From positions 1,216,001 to 1,280,000 of the forward strand of contig CAVRVY010000004.1 of NCBI GenBank assembly GCA_963724765.1: 64,000 nucleotides of DNA, given 5' to 3'. The notes under the pieces are model-generated. The model worked only from the letters and a program-made list of their open reading frames with translations. It was not told the DNA's origin and ran no database searches. Positions 10,561 through 20,807 of the stretch are shown here, in pieces (within the stretch, counting starts at the first letter, position 1; every line of letters starts with the position of its first letter). This stretch comes from an uncultured delta proteobacterium. GTDB taxonomy: Bacteria > Desulfobacterota > Binatia > Binatales > Binataceae. The translations under genes were made by a program, and so were the position numbers.

Positions 10561-11693
10561 CCGGGCCGGCCCCGTGCGCAGGCGTGGTAGGCGTCGGGCT
10601 CAAGCGGCTGCAGGATGCCGGTCGTGGTCTCGCCGTCGCAGGTCACTTCGCAATGATGCTCGTCTAGACCCGCAAGGCGGCTGCGAATCTCCGCTTTGGT
10701 GACGTCGTACTGATCGCCTTCAACGACGTTGTCACCGACGTACTGGCCCTGGTAGATATTCTTGTCGGGCGTGCCGCCGTACATTCCGCATCGCATATAC
10801 GCGGTTTGATATCCGATGCGCCGATAATGGACTTGCTTTATCTCTCCCGTCTCCAGCGCATAGTCAATGTCAGCTTCGAGAAAAATATGAGTATCCGGTT
10901 CAAATTTCATTCGCCGCTCAGTCTTGACTATCTTGCCCATACCCGGCCGGGGATCGCCGAAGTTATACAGGATCGTATTGCCCCAGATCGCGAAATCCTT
11001 GAAAGATACCCAGTTGCCGCCAATCCATCCGGCGTGCATCTTGCGCCCGGGCTGAAGGCTGGGGCCGCCCACGCCTCTGCCCACTCCCCAATGACGATCG
11101 CGCGTCCCGCCGCTGGTTTCCCGAGAGAGTTCGATCCGCTCCCCGCGCACTTTCACCCAGCCTTCGGCGACGCCGAAGCCCTCGAATCCCGCGGTAACAT
11201 CGGCGCGTCTTCCGCGCGGAGAGCCGGCGGCGACTAATCCCGATGAGGCGTTGTAGACCTGCCGCCTGGTATCGTGCCAATTCAGGTCGTAACTGATACC
11301 CCATTCGTTTTCTTCCAGGACGTAGCGCCACAGGCGCATTCCCTGGATGATCGCTGGTTTGATCGGACCGATGTCCATGTTCATCCGGTCCGCACCGAGA
11401 CGCCGAAACGCCCGCACCGAAGTATGCTGACCCTTGAAATTGACGATTGCGTACGCCTCGGCAGTATCGAGATTCGGGTAAAAGCTGAGGCCCGTGACGA
11501 CGAGCAGTTCCCCCTTATTGTCATGGCAGATGACCCAGAAGCGCTCGTAGATTCGCGGGTCCGTGGACCAGACCACGCGAACCGGGTCGGGCGTCTGATG
11601 GATCATGTAGTCATCTATCGGAGCGAGCGGAAACTGCTCGTCGAAATGACTATCGCTGGCAAGCCAACCCGGCTTCGGATCTTTCACTGTCAT
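10542..11693 (-). CDS. Conserved hypothetical protein (beta-rich; GxRDRHWG motif)
   Basis: DDYMIHQTP N-terminus, GGTRDRHWGVG; overlaps the start of the APH gene. Confidence 0.75.
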   Translation of the reverse strand: MTVKDPKPGWLASDSHFDEQFPLAPIDDYMIHQTPDPVRVVWSTDPRIYERFWVICHDNKGELLVVTGLSFYPNLDTAEAYAIVNFKGQHTSVRAFRRLGADRMNMDIGPIKPAIIQGMRLWRYVLEENEWGISYDLNWHDTRRQVYNASSGLVAAGSPRGRRADVTAGFEGFGVAEGWVKVRGERIELSRETSGGTRDRHWGVGRGVGGPSLQPGRKMHAGWIGGNWVSFKDFAIWGNTILYNFGDPRPGMGKIVKTERRMKFEPDTHIFLEADIDYALETGEIKQVHYRRIGYQTAYMRCGMYGGTPDKNIYQGQYVGDNVVEGDQYDVTKAEIRSRLAGLDEHHCEVTCDGETTTGILQPLEPDAYHACARGRPGWRFLE

Positions 11694-11954
11694 GCGTACC
11701 TCGACCGTGGCGACCTCAGAGTTTGCGGCAAGGCTGACAGGCGGAGTCTAGATGACGGTCGATAAGGGCTGCAAATGCCTGGCGGCTGCCGTTGCCCGGC
11801 GTAGGTGGCTGTCCTATAGACTTAGGAGCATGCCCTCGAGAACGCCGAGGGGCGTTTGTGCGATCGGGGCGAGCCACGCCGTACGCGCCATGCCAATCTT
11901 CATGATTCCTGGATTGGCTGGGTCCTCGATGTCCGCTGGCTCTTGGAGGAACAA

Positions 11955-12833
11955 ATGGTCCGGGTAACCGAGCTGAGCTACATGGGTATCGGGGTGAAGA
12001 ATCTCGATGAATGGAAGAATTTTACCGCCCGGATGATCGGCATGGAACTGACCGGGGATGAAGAGCGCGACCGTTGCTACCTGCGGATGGATTACTGGCA
12101 TCATCGCATCGTGCTGCACGCCGACGACAGCGACGACCTGCTGTATCTGGGCTTCCGAGTGGCAGGCGCGGAGGAATTCCGCGAGATGCAACAACAACTG
12201 TCGTCGGCTGGAATACAATTTCGAGTGGGCACGGAGGCGGAAGCCGTCGAGCGCCGAGTCCTCGAAGTGATGAAGCTGAGCGACCCGGATGGCAACCCGA
12301 TCGAGATCTTTCACGGCCCTCAGGTTCAGTACAGCAAGCCCTTCCATCCGGGGCGCGGGATGCACGGGCGTTTCAAGACCGGAGCCGGCGGCTTGGGGCA
12401 TTGCATCATACGTGAGAAGGACGTCCCCGCCGCGATTCGTTTCTACAATGCACTCGGAATGCGCGGTGGCGTCGAGTACAAGTTCCAGATGGGCAAGCAG
12501 GTCACCACACCGGTTTTCATGCACTGCAACGAGCGCGACCATTCCGTGGCCTTCGGAATCGGCGGGCTGAAAAGGCGCATCAACCATCTGATGATAGAAG
12601 TGGACAACCTCGACGACGTGGGCCTCACTTATGACCTGGTGCGCAAGCACAACTTGCCGATCATGATTACGCCGGGCAAACACTCGAACGACCACATGTT
12701 TTCGTTTTACGTCGGCAATCCTTCGGGCTGGATGTGGGAGTACGGATGGGGCGCGAGACCCGCGACGCATCAATCGGAATACTACGCCGAGGACATGTAC
12801 GGCCATGAATTCGCGCCCGGCTCCTTCGATTGA
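11955..12833 (+). CDS. Type I extradiol ring-cleavage dioxygenase, NahC/BphC-like (VOC family)
   Basis: YLRMDYWHHRI, PFHPGR, GLGHCI, FMHCNERDHS, INHLM, HSNDHMFSFY, WEYG (His/His/Glu Fe(II) ligands); RBS GGAGG before ATG 11955. Confidence 0.93.
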   Translation: MVRVTELSYMGIGVKNLDEWKNFTARMIGMELTGDEERDRCYLRMDYWHHRIVLHADDSDDLLYLGFRVAGAEEFREMQQQLSSAGIQFRVGTEAEAVERRVLEVMKLSDPDGNPIEIFHGPQVQYSKPFHPGRGMHGRFKTGAGGLGHCIIREKDVPAAIRFYNALGMRGGVEYKFQMGKQVTTPVFMHCNERDHSVAFGIGGLKRRINHLMIEVDNLDDVGLTYDLVRKHNLPIMITPGKHSNDHMFSFYVGNPSGWMWEYGWGARPATHQSEYYAEDMYGHEFAPGSFD

Positions 12834-13082
12834 ATACCAATTCCGGATTCCGGATACAGACGACAGGAACCGGCGTCCAAGGCTGAAGTATGATTGAGGG
12901 CGGCGGCATGCCGCGCGAAGAGGCTCGATGAGGGCGCTGGAAGACAGCGGCGTTCGGCTGCGCCCGGCCCGTCGCCCACCTCGTGCGTTGGCTGGAATAG
13001 TGGGAAATGTGGTTTAAAAGATGTCGCAGGCGGAAGTGACCGCTGAGGCGCTAACCGCTTTGCAGTAATGGAGGTTGAACAG

Positions 13083-13877
13083 ATGGCAGGAGATTGGACC
13101 GAGGAAATCACCCACGTAGCGGGGACTGACCTCGCAATCATCAAGGGCGGCCAGGGAAAACCCCTGCTCGTCCTGCACGAAGAGATGGGACACCCGGGAT
13201 GGCTCAACTGGCATGCGGCGCTGGCCAGGGATCGCACCGTCCTGATTCCGATTCAGCCCGGCTTCGGCAAGTCACCACGCATCGAAGCGATCCGCAACGT
13301 CCACGAGTTGGGATTATTCTACTCATGGATGCTGCGCGACTTGAATCTCGGGCCGGTCGACGTGATCGGATTTTCGCTTGGCGGATGGGCCGCGGCCGAG
13401 ATGGCGGCCGCCAACCCACGGCAGTTCCGCAAGATGGTGCTGGTCGCGCCGTTGGGGATTAAACCACCGGAGGGCGAAATCTTCGATATCTTCGTGGTCA
13501 CGCAGCGCACGCCGCTCAACCTGAGCATCCACGATCCGGAGACCACGCCGGAGTTCGCCAAGCTCTATGGCGGCCAGCGGACTCCGGAGCAATTCGAGGC
13601 GTTCGAGGACGCACGCACCGAAATCGCGCGCATCGCGTGGGAGCCGATTCTTCATAATCCCGCCTTGCAGTATTTTCTGCAGGGTGTGAGCGGTCTGCCG
13701 ACGCAGATTATCTGGGGACGCGAGGATGCGCTGGTGCCGGTTAGCGCGGCGCAAGCGTACAAGCAGGCGCTCAAGAATACCGATACCCGAGTGACAATTT
13801 TCGATCGTTGCGGACATCGGCCGGAAATCGAAAAATCGGCCGAGTTCATCAAACTGGTCAAAGAGTTCCTGGCCTAA
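13083..13877 (+). CDS. Alpha/beta-fold hydrolase
   Basis: GFSLG nucleophile elbow, WGREDALV, CGHRP. Confidence 0.9.
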   Translation: MAGDWTEEITHVAGTDLAIIKGGQGKPLLVLHEEMGHPGWLNWHAALARDRTVLIPIQPGFGKSPRIEAIRNVHELGLFYSWMLRDLNLGPVDVIGFSLGGWAAAEMAAANPRQFRKMVLVAPLGIKPPEGEIFDIFVVTQRTPLNLSIHDPETTPEFAKLYGGQRTPEQFEAFEDARTEIARIAWEPILHNPALQYFLQGVSGLPTQIIWGREDALVPVSAAQAYKQALKNTDTRVTIFDRCGHRPEIEKSAEFIKLVKEFLA

Positions 13878-13911
13878 GCCGGACTATAGCGTGAGCTGAA
13901 GGAGACAAGCC

Positions 13912-15291
13912 ATGCATATAATGTATTTCACCGAACGTCCCTACCGCGAGGTTCCGGAGGACGAGGTAATCAAGAACCGAAGCTTCTTCGGAGTTCCCAA
14001 CCGCTTTTTTGATCGCGAGGTCGGCTCGCGGCTGTACAACGAATACCTCGACGAAGCCGTCTATGCCGAGGAGATGGGCTTCGATGGCGTGATGCTCAAT
14101 GAGCATCACGGCACTCCATTCTGCATGGGCGCCGTGATGAACGTCGAAGCCGCGATTCTCGCGCGAATCACCAAAAAAGTGCGCATCGTGCTGCTGGGCA
14201 ATCCGCTGCCGACACTGCGCAATCCGCTTCGCATGGCTGAAGAGCTGGCGGAAATCGATCTTATCTCCAAGGGGCGGCTGGTGCCCGGATGGGTCCGTGG
14301 CGCCGGCAGTGAACAGATATTCAATAACGCCAACCCAGCCTACAATCGCGAGTATTTCAACGAGGCGCACGACGTCGTGATCGCTGCATGGACGCGTCCG
14401 GGGCCGTTTCGCTGGGAGGGCAAACATTTCACTTATCGCTTCGTTAACCCGTGGGTCCTGCCGTATCAGAAGCCGCGCCCGCCGATCTGGATTCCCGGCG
14501 TGATCAGCCCCGAGACCGTCGTCTGGTGCGCGCAGCATCGTTACCCATACATCGGGCTGGGCACCGCACTGCAATCAACCGTCGAGTTGTGGAATCTCTA
14601 CGGCGACACGGCGATGCAGGAGGGTTACATGGCCGGGAGCGAGAACTTCGGCTACCTGCAGCAGATCTTCGTCGCCGAAACGGAAGAGAAGGCGCAAGCG
14701 CTCGGCAAGGCCGCGCTCTTCGGCGGTGGCGCCGCGAACTTCTCGCGTCCCGAATGGACCCTGCCGCCGGGCTACAACTCAAAGGAAGCGACGCGCCGCC
14801 TCGCGCGCCAGGCATCCGACTATGGCTTTCTCGGCGTCACCAGCGAGAAGCTCAAGGAGAGCGGCGACGACCATCACGGTAAAGACACGCGCGGCAAGCT
14901 GCGCCGCGGCGAGGTCAGTATCGAGGAGGCCAAGCGCAAAATATACGGGACCTATCAGAAGGCGCAGGACGGCCTGCAGATCATCATCGGGACTCCGAAA
15001 TCGGTGCTTCCCAAACTGCGCCTGATCATGGAGGTGCTGCACCCAGGTGTTTTCGGACTGTTCCAGGCGCAGGGGCCGCTGACGCTCGAGCAGCGGATGA
15101 CCAGTACGCGCCTGCTCGCCCAGGAAGTGCTCCCGGCGATGCGCGAGATCGCCAAGGAGCTGGGTATCGTGGACCCGTTCCAGCGTGAACCCGGGTCGCG
15201 ACCGTATACAGCAGGCACTCAGCGCGATTCGCTGGTCGACCTCAACGCGCTCAAGCGGGCGCCCCAACGCGACGAATCGATACGCGTATAG
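13912..15291 (+). CDS. LLM-class (luciferase-like) flavin-dependent oxidoreductase
   Basis: GFDGVMLNEHH, NPLRMAEELAEIDLISKGRL, PYQKPRPPIW. Confidence 0.92.
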   Translation: MHIMYFTERPYREVPEDEVIKNRSFFGVPNRFFDREVGSRLYNEYLDEAVYAEEMGFDGVMLNEHHGTPFCMGAVMNVEAAILARITKKVRIVLLGNPLPTLRNPLRMAEELAEIDLISKGRLVPGWVRGAGSEQIFNNANPAYNREYFNEAHDVVIAAWTRPGPFRWEGKHFTYRFVNPWVLPYQKPRPPIWIPGVISPETVVWCAQHRYPYIGLGTALQSTVELWNLYGDTAMQEGYMAGSENFGYLQQIFVAETEEKAQALGKAALFGGGAANFSRPEWTLPPGYNSKEATRRLARQASDYGFLGVTSEKLKESGDDHHGKDTRGKLRRGEVSIEEAKRKIYGTYQKAQDGLQIIIGTPKSVLPKLRLIMEVLHPGVFGLFQAQGPLTLEQRMTSTRLLAQEVLPAMREIAKELGIVDPFQREPGSRPYTAGTQRDSLVDLNALKRAPQRDESIRV

Positions 15292-15307
15292 CTACAGAGG
15301 AAGCTTC

Positions 15308-16396
15308 ATGGAATTTGGAGTCACAGTAATAACTCATATTGGAAAGTCACCCGAGCAGATCCGGCTGGCCGAAGAGCTCGGTTACAATCGGGCGTGGGTG
15401 CCAGATTCGCAGATGATCTGGTCCGACTGCTACGCGACCATGGCGTTGGCGGCCGCGAGCACAAAGCGGATCAAGATCGGCACCGGCGTGGCAATCGCCG
15501 GCACGCGAATCGCGCCGGTGACCGCGCATTCCGTAGCCTCGATCAATCAAATTGCTCCGGGGCGGGTGTTCCTGGGAATCGGCACCGGCCATACAGCGAT
15601 GCGCGTGATGGGACAGGATCCAATCGGCGTCAAGGATTTCAGGGAATACCTGCGCGTGACGCGCGAACTACTCGACGGCAAGGCGGTGAACTACACCTAT
15701 AGCGGAAAAACGCGCGAGATAAAGTTCCTCCATCGCGACCGCCACTTCATCAATCTCGACAATCACATTCCAATCTACATCGCGGCCAACGGGCCCAAGG
15801 CGTGCGAGGCCGCCGGCGCGTATGGCGACGGATGGACTACGATTGGCAGGACCACCGAAGACCTGGAATCCCGCCTCTCGCATATTCGGGCCGGCGCGCA
15901 GGCGGTGGGCCGCAAGATGGGCTCCGACTTTCACGTGGTGCTCTTTACCGCGGCCTCGGTGCTCAAACCGGGCGAGCGGCTGACCAGCGAACGCGTCATC
16001 GATGAAACCGGTCCATGGGTGACGTGCGAACTGCATTTCTTCTATGAGATCTGGAAGAAGGAGGGCAAAAACGACGCTTTGATTCCACCCTACTTCCGCG
16101 ACGTCTGGAGCGACTATGTAAAGCGAGTGGATAGTTTTACTCTGCCGGAAAATGCAAGGTTCCGTCAGATCCATGACGGTCACGCGACTTTCGTGCAGCC
16201 CGAGGAACGGCGCTATGTAACGCCCGACGCGATCAAAGCGACTGGACTGGTGGGAACACCGGAGGAGATAATCGCGCAGATTCGTGAACTGGAAAGGATC
16301 GGAATCAAGGAAATAAACATCGTGCCAGGCCCTGACTTCGCCGAAGGTCCCTTCCGTGACCTGGCGAAGCATGTGATTCCGGCTTTTCGCAAGTGA
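15308..16396 (+). CDS. LLM-class oxidoreductase (Mer/F420-type)
   Basis: AEELGYNRAWVPDSQ, IKIGTGV, PGRVFLGIGTG, IPIYIAANGPK. Confidence 0.9.
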   Translation: MEFGVTVITHIGKSPEQIRLAEELGYNRAWVPDSQMIWSDCYATMALAAASTKRIKIGTGVAIAGTRIAPVTAHSVASINQIAPGRVFLGIGTGHTAMRVMGQDPIGVKDFREYLRVTRELLDGKAVNYTYSGKTREIKFLHRDRHFINLDNHIPIYIAANGPKACEAAGAYGDGWTTIGRTTEDLESRLSHIRAGAQAVGRKMGSDFHVVLFTAASVLKPGERLTSERVIDETGPWVTCELHFFYEIWKKEGKNDALIPPYFRDVWSDYVKRVDSFTLPENARFRQIHDGHATFVQPEERRYVTPDAIKATGLVGTPEEIIAQIRELERIGIKEINIVPGPDFAEGPFRDLAKHVIPAFRK

Positions 16397-16529
16397 TTGC
16401 TCCCTTGGAATAGACGGTCGGTAAGCGCAGTCTTTTCCGGGAAGCTGCGTTTGCTCCGGCCATAACAGTATGGGCGAGCCTGCAAAGGCTCGCCCACGCG
16501 CGCTCATCCGACTATGTAACGAGGCATCC

Positions 16530-17690
16530 ATGGATTTCGAATTTTCGAGCGGCCAACGCGAGATTCGCGAGGCGGTTTCAAGTTTGTGCGCTCGGTTTGG
16601 CGACGAGTACTGGCGCCAGTGTGACGAGCGTAGCGCCTATCCGGAGGAGTTCGTGCACACGCTCAGCGAGGCTGGATGGCTGGCCGCGTTCATCCCACAG
16701 GAATACGGTGGGGCCGGGCTGACGATGCTCGACGGCTCGATAATTCTCGAAGAGATAAATCATTCCGGAGGCAACGCCGCTGCCTGCCACGCGCAGATGT
16801 ATACGATGGCCTCGCTGCTCAAACATGGCAACGAAGAACAGAAGCGGCGCTATCTACCGCGCATCGCTTCTGGCGAACTGCGGCTGCAGGCCTTCGGGGT
16901 GACCGAACCTGACGCCGGCTCCGAAACGCCCAAGATCAAAACCTTCGCCCGGCGCGCGGGCGACAACTACGTAATCAACGGCAGCAAGATATTCACCTCG
17001 CGCTACCAGCATTCCGACATGCTGTTGCTGCTGACGCGCACGACCCCGTTCGACGAGGTAAAGAAGAAAACCGACGGCATGAGCCTGTTCCTGGTTAACC
17101 TGCGCGAGTACGGCGACGCGATCAAGGCCGTACCCATCGCTACCATGATCAATCACGGCACCAATCAGCTTTTCATCGATAACCTGACCGTGCCTCGCGA
17201 AGCGCTCATCGGCGAGGAAGGCAAAGGCTTTAATTACCTGCTGAGTTCACTCAACGCTGAACGTATCTTGGTCGCAAGCGAGTCGATCGGCGACGGGCGC
17301 TGGTTCGTGGAGCATGCGGTCAAGTATGCCAACGAACGCAGGGTCTTCGATCGCGCCATCGGCATGAACCAGGGTGTGCAGTTTCCGATCGCCAAGGCCC
17401 ACGTCTCGGTCGAGGCGGCCTCACTGATGCGACTGAAGGCCGTGACGCTCTTCGACGCCAACCAGCCGTGCGGCGGCGAGGCCAACATGGCAAAATACCT
17501 GGCGACGGAAGCCGCATGGGAGGCCGGCGAAGCGGCAATGAATACTCTGGGCGGATACGGTTTCACCAAGCAGTATCACGTCGAGCGCAAATGGCGGGAG
17601 GCGCGCCTTTACCGGACCGCTCCGATCTCCAACAATCTGGTCTTGAGCTACGTCGCCGAACATCTCTTGGGTTTGCCGAGATCCTACTGA
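16530..17690 (+). CDS. Acyl-CoA dehydrogenase
   Basis: EYGGAG, FGVTEPDAGS, INGSKIFTS, LNAERI, LGGYGF, ERKWRE. Confidence 0.95.
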   Translation: MDFEFSSGQREIREAVSSLCARFGDEYWRQCDERSAYPEEFVHTLSEAGWLAAFIPQEYGGAGLTMLDGSIILEEINHSGGNAAACHAQMYTMASLLKHGNEEQKRRYLPRIASGELRLQAFGVTEPDAGSETPKIKTFARRAGDNYVINGSKIFTSRYQHSDMLLLLTRTTPFDEVKKKTDGMSLFLVNLREYGDAIKAVPIATMINHGTNQLFIDNLTVPREALIGEEGKGFNYLLSSLNAERILVASESIGDGRWFVEHAVKYANERRVFDRAIGMNQGVQFPIAKAHVSVEAASLMRLKAVTLFDANQPCGGEANMAKYLATEAAWEAGEAAMNTLGGYGFTKQYHVERKWREARLYRTAPISNNLVLSYVAEHLLGLPRSY

Positions 17691-17773
17691 GCGCGAGCTG
17701 CAAAGCGTAACTCATACCATGGGCATCAAGCTGCAACAGATCACCGAAGGAATTCCGCATATCGGAGGAACAG

Positions 17774-18649
17774 ATGAAGATCGGAATATTCGCAATGCTG
17801 TCGGAAATGACCCTCGACCCAGCATCAGTCGCCCGCAGGTGCGAGGAATTGGGTTTCGAATCCATTTGGGTCCCCGAGCACGCGATCATCCCCGTCCATA
17901 CCAGGGTGCCCTACCCTGCGCTCGACGGCAAAATTCCCGACGTGTACACACGCTTCCCCGACCCCTTCGTGCTGTTGGGCATGATCGCTTCGGTGACCCG
18001 GACCCTAAAGCTGGGCACGGCGATATGCCTGGTGCCGGAACGCCATCCGCTGGCGCTGGCGAAGGAAGTCGCTACCCTGGATTACTTCTCGGGCGGCCGG
18101 TTTCTCTTCGGTATCGGCGCCGGATGGCAGGCGGAAGAATCTGAAATCATGGGCGTCGACTTTCCACGGCGCTGGCCAATCACGCGCGAGTACCTGAGGG
18201 CGATGAAAGAGCTTTGGACCAAGCCGGAGGCGAGTTTCGACGGCCGGTTTCTGAAATTCCCCGCGGTGATATCGAATCCGAAACCGGCGCACAAGCCGCA
18301 TCCCCCGATTTTCATCGGAGCCGGCGGGCTCAACTGGAAACGCGAGCGTGCGATCAAGGACACGGTTGCGCTGGGCGACGGATGGATGCCGGTGGCGTTG
18401 CCTCCAAAGGATCTGGCTAGCGATCTTACCGTGATGAAACAATTGTGCGTCGAGGCCGGGCGGGACTTTAATCAGCTCGAGATCTCGATGACCTTCCTTC
18501 AGCAACCGGAATTGCAACCGCAGGACCCAAAACGCGCATTGGCGGAGTATGCGGAGGCAGGCGTTCATCGGCTGATCCTGGCGCCGGTGCTCGACAGAAA
18601 GAATGCCGAGCGCGTCCTCGAGCAGACGGCAAAGGACTATTTGTCATAA
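17774..18649 (+). CDS. LLM-class F420-dependent oxidoreductase (Rv2161c-like)
   Basis: GFESIWVPEH, DPFVLL, AKEVATLDYFSGGRFLFGIGAGW, PKPAHKPHPPI. Confidence 0.9.
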   Translation: MKIGIFAMLSEMTLDPASVARRCEELGFESIWVPEHAIIPVHTRVPYPALDGKIPDVYTRFPDPFVLLGMIASVTRTLKLGTAICLVPERHPLALAKEVATLDYFSGGRFLFGIGAGWQAEESEIMGVDFPRRWPITREYLRAMKELWTKPEASFDGRFLKFPAVISNPKPAHKPHPPIFIGAGGLNWKRERAIKDTVALGDGWMPVALPPKDLASDLTVMKQLCVEAGRDFNQLEISMTFLQQPELQPQDPKRALAEYAEAGVHRLILAPVLDRKNAERVLEQTAKDYLS

Positions 18650-18688
18650 TCGCTGTTTGGGTCTGTTGCGGCGAATCAGGGAAGTGTT

Positions 18689-19024
18689 ATGGAAATCAGC
18701 GAGCAGCGCCAAAGCGACCTGATAATCCTGAACCCCGTAGGTCGGATCAACAATGATACGAGCCCAACAATTCAAACCAAATTGCTCGACTCTGTCGGAT
18801 CCGCCGCAGCCAAAGTTCTGGTCGATTTCTCCGGTATCGAATACATATCGAGCGCGGGACCGCGCGCGCTAATGATGGCCTCGAAACAATCGAAAGCGAC
18901 CAACGGCCGTCTCGCGGTCGCCGCTCTTACACCCATGGTCAAGGAGATTTTCGCGATTAGCCGCTTCTCGCTCGTAGTGCAGGTCTTCGAAACGACTGCC
19001 GAGGCTATCACGGCCCTGAGATAG
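18689..19024 (+). CDS. STAS-domain anti-sigma factor antagonist
   Basis: VDFSGIEYISSAG motif, VKEIFAIS. Confidence 0.9.
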   Translation: MEISEQRQSDLIILNPVGRINNDTSPTIQTKLLDSVGSAAAKVLVDFSGIEYISSAGPRALMMASKQSKATNGRLAVAALTPMVKEIFAISRFSLVVQVFETTAEAITALR

Positions 19025-19075
19025 CCGTCGGGATTTGCGGCGAGCGGCGGGACGGGGCCGAAAGAGACTACCGCG

Positions 19076-20041
19076 ATGCTAATCCGCTTCTGGGGAACCC
19101 GAGGGTCGCTGCCCGCGCCGCTTAACTATCGCGCGGTCCGAAAGAAGATCCGCCAGGCGCTGCTCGCGGCTCGTGGTCTAAACCTGGACGGGCCCGAAGC
19201 AATCGATGCCTTCATCGACCGCGCGTTGCCCTTTTCGGTCGGCGGCACGTACGGCGGTAATACCAGTTGCGTTGAAATCGTCACCGGCAGCGATGAGTAT
19301 GTGCTCTGCGACATGGGGACGGGCGCGCGCGAGTTCGCCAATAGCATTCTCGCGAAGTATGGTCCCGCCAGGAAAAATCGTTTTAACCTTTTCATGTCTC
19401 ATCTTCACTGGGACCACATGATGGGGTTTCCCTTCTTTACCCCAGCCTACATTCCGGGCAACGTTATCCGTATCCACGGCTGCCACAAGGACATGCGAGA
19501 GGCCTTCCAGCGTCAGCAGTCCAATCCATCGTTCCCCGTCGATTTTCGAACCCTCGGTGCGACAATCGAGTTCGTCGAGCTCGAGCCCGGTCGCACATAC
19601 GAAATTGACGGACTTTCGGTGCTGGCGATCGCGCAAAGGCACGGTGGTGATTCCTATGGCTATCGCTTCTCGAGAGAGGGACGGACGCTGGTATATTCCA
19701 CCGATTCCGAGCACAAGTACGAAGCGCTCGATCAGAACTATCCCTTCATCGAGTTCTTCCGTAACGCGGATCTACTCATTTTCGACGCACAGTACTCACT
19801 CGCCGACCAGATCTCTGTGAAGGAGGACTGGGGACATTCGAGCAATATGATCGGAGTCGAGCTCGCACAGCTCGCTGGCGTCAAGCATCTGGTGATGTAC
19901 CATCACGAGCCGGTCAACGATGATCGAATGCTCGAACAAATTCTGGCCGAGACGCGCCGTTATGAAGAAATCAGCCGCTCGGAGCACAAACAACAGTTGA
20001 CGATCACCTCTGCTTATGACGGACTCGAGATTGTCCTCTGA
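19076..20041 (+). CDS. MBL-fold metallo-hydrolase
   Basis: FWGTRGS, GGNTSC, SHLHWDH, DAQY, WGHS, YHHEP. Confidence 0.92.
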   Translation: MLIRFWGTRGSLPAPLNYRAVRKKIRQALLAARGLNLDGPEAIDAFIDRALPFSVGGTYGGNTSCVEIVTGSDEYVLCDMGTGAREFANSILAKYGPARKNRFNLFMSHLHWDHMMGFPFFTPAYIPGNVIRIHGCHKDMREAFQRQQSNPSFPVDFRTLGATIEFVELEPGRTYEIDGLSVLAIAQRHGGDSYGYRFSREGRTLVYSTDSEHKYEALDQNYPFIEFFRNADLLIFDAQYSLADQISVKEDWGHSSNMIGVELAQLAGVKHLVMYHHEPVNDDRMLEQILAETRRYEEISRSEHKQQLTITSAYDGLEIVL

Positions 20042-20095
20042 GGACAAGCCCGAGTCGTCGAAGCCGCGACTGCCCACAGGTTTGCGTGGCATGGC

Positions 20096-20254
20096 ATGGC
20101 CTCTGATCTCGATCAATCGGTCAAGAACAGACCGGCAGGCGGATTGGGACTCCACATCGTGTGCGAGCTCGCGGACGAGGCTAGCTATAGCCGGCGCGAT
20201 GGGCGCAATATCATTCGACTAATCCGGCACGTTTCGTTGCTAAGACGTCCTTAA
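20096..20254 (+). pseudogene. C-terminal fragment of an RsbW-like anti-sigma/ATP-binding protein
   Basis: Manual translation MASDLDQSVKNRPAGGLGLHIVCELADEASYSRRDGRNIIRLIR matches the GGLGxxxV..L.D...Y.R C-terminus; N-terminal part absent. Confidence 0.75.
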
Positions 20255-20282
20255 ATCCGTTCTTGGATTTTGAAGTCCGTGC

Positions 20283-20693
20283 TTAAATTTTGGCCTTTGG
20301 ATACCGTTCGCGCATCCAGGCCACGAACTTTTCCGGCGCGGCCATGGTCGAGAGGCGCCCCTGACGCACCAGCGCCCAATCGTCGAATTTTCCGGTCTGT
20401 TTGATCTCCGCCAGCGTCACCGGGGGCTCCAGGCGCTCGGCGAATTCGAGATCGACCACGGCCGACTTCGGATTATTCGGATCGTCGCGCGGCTGCGACC
20501 TCACGACGCTCATCCCGACCACGCTGGAGGCGCCGCCGCTATGATAGATGAACACCCGGTCGCCCGGCCGCATGTCGCGGATGACGCGAACCGCCTGCGG
20601 ATTTCTCACGCCGTCCCACGCCGTGTGTTTCTCGCGCTCGAGATCGTCGATCGAATAGGTTCCCGGTTCGGTCTTGGCGAGAAAGTAGTTCAT
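20283..20693 (-). CDS. EVE domain-containing protein
   Basis: YFLAKTEP, WDGVRN, GDRVFIYHS, RQGRLS. Confidence 0.93.
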   Translation of the reverse strand: MNYFLAKTEPGTYSIDDLEREKHTAWDGVRNPQAVRVIRDMRPGDRVFIYHSGGASSVVGMSVVRSQPRDDPNNPKSAVVDLEFAERLEPPVTLAEIKQTGKFDDWALVRQGRLSTMAAPEKFVAWMRERYPKAKI

Positions 20694-20807
20694 GGGCCCA
20701 TCCTCTTCGGCCGTGCTTCGAGGTAAAGCTATCGATCCAAGGTAAAGGTATCATGGGCAGCGCCAGACTTGGCAGTGATCTGGGCAGAGCGGCGCGCAAC
20801 TACTCTC

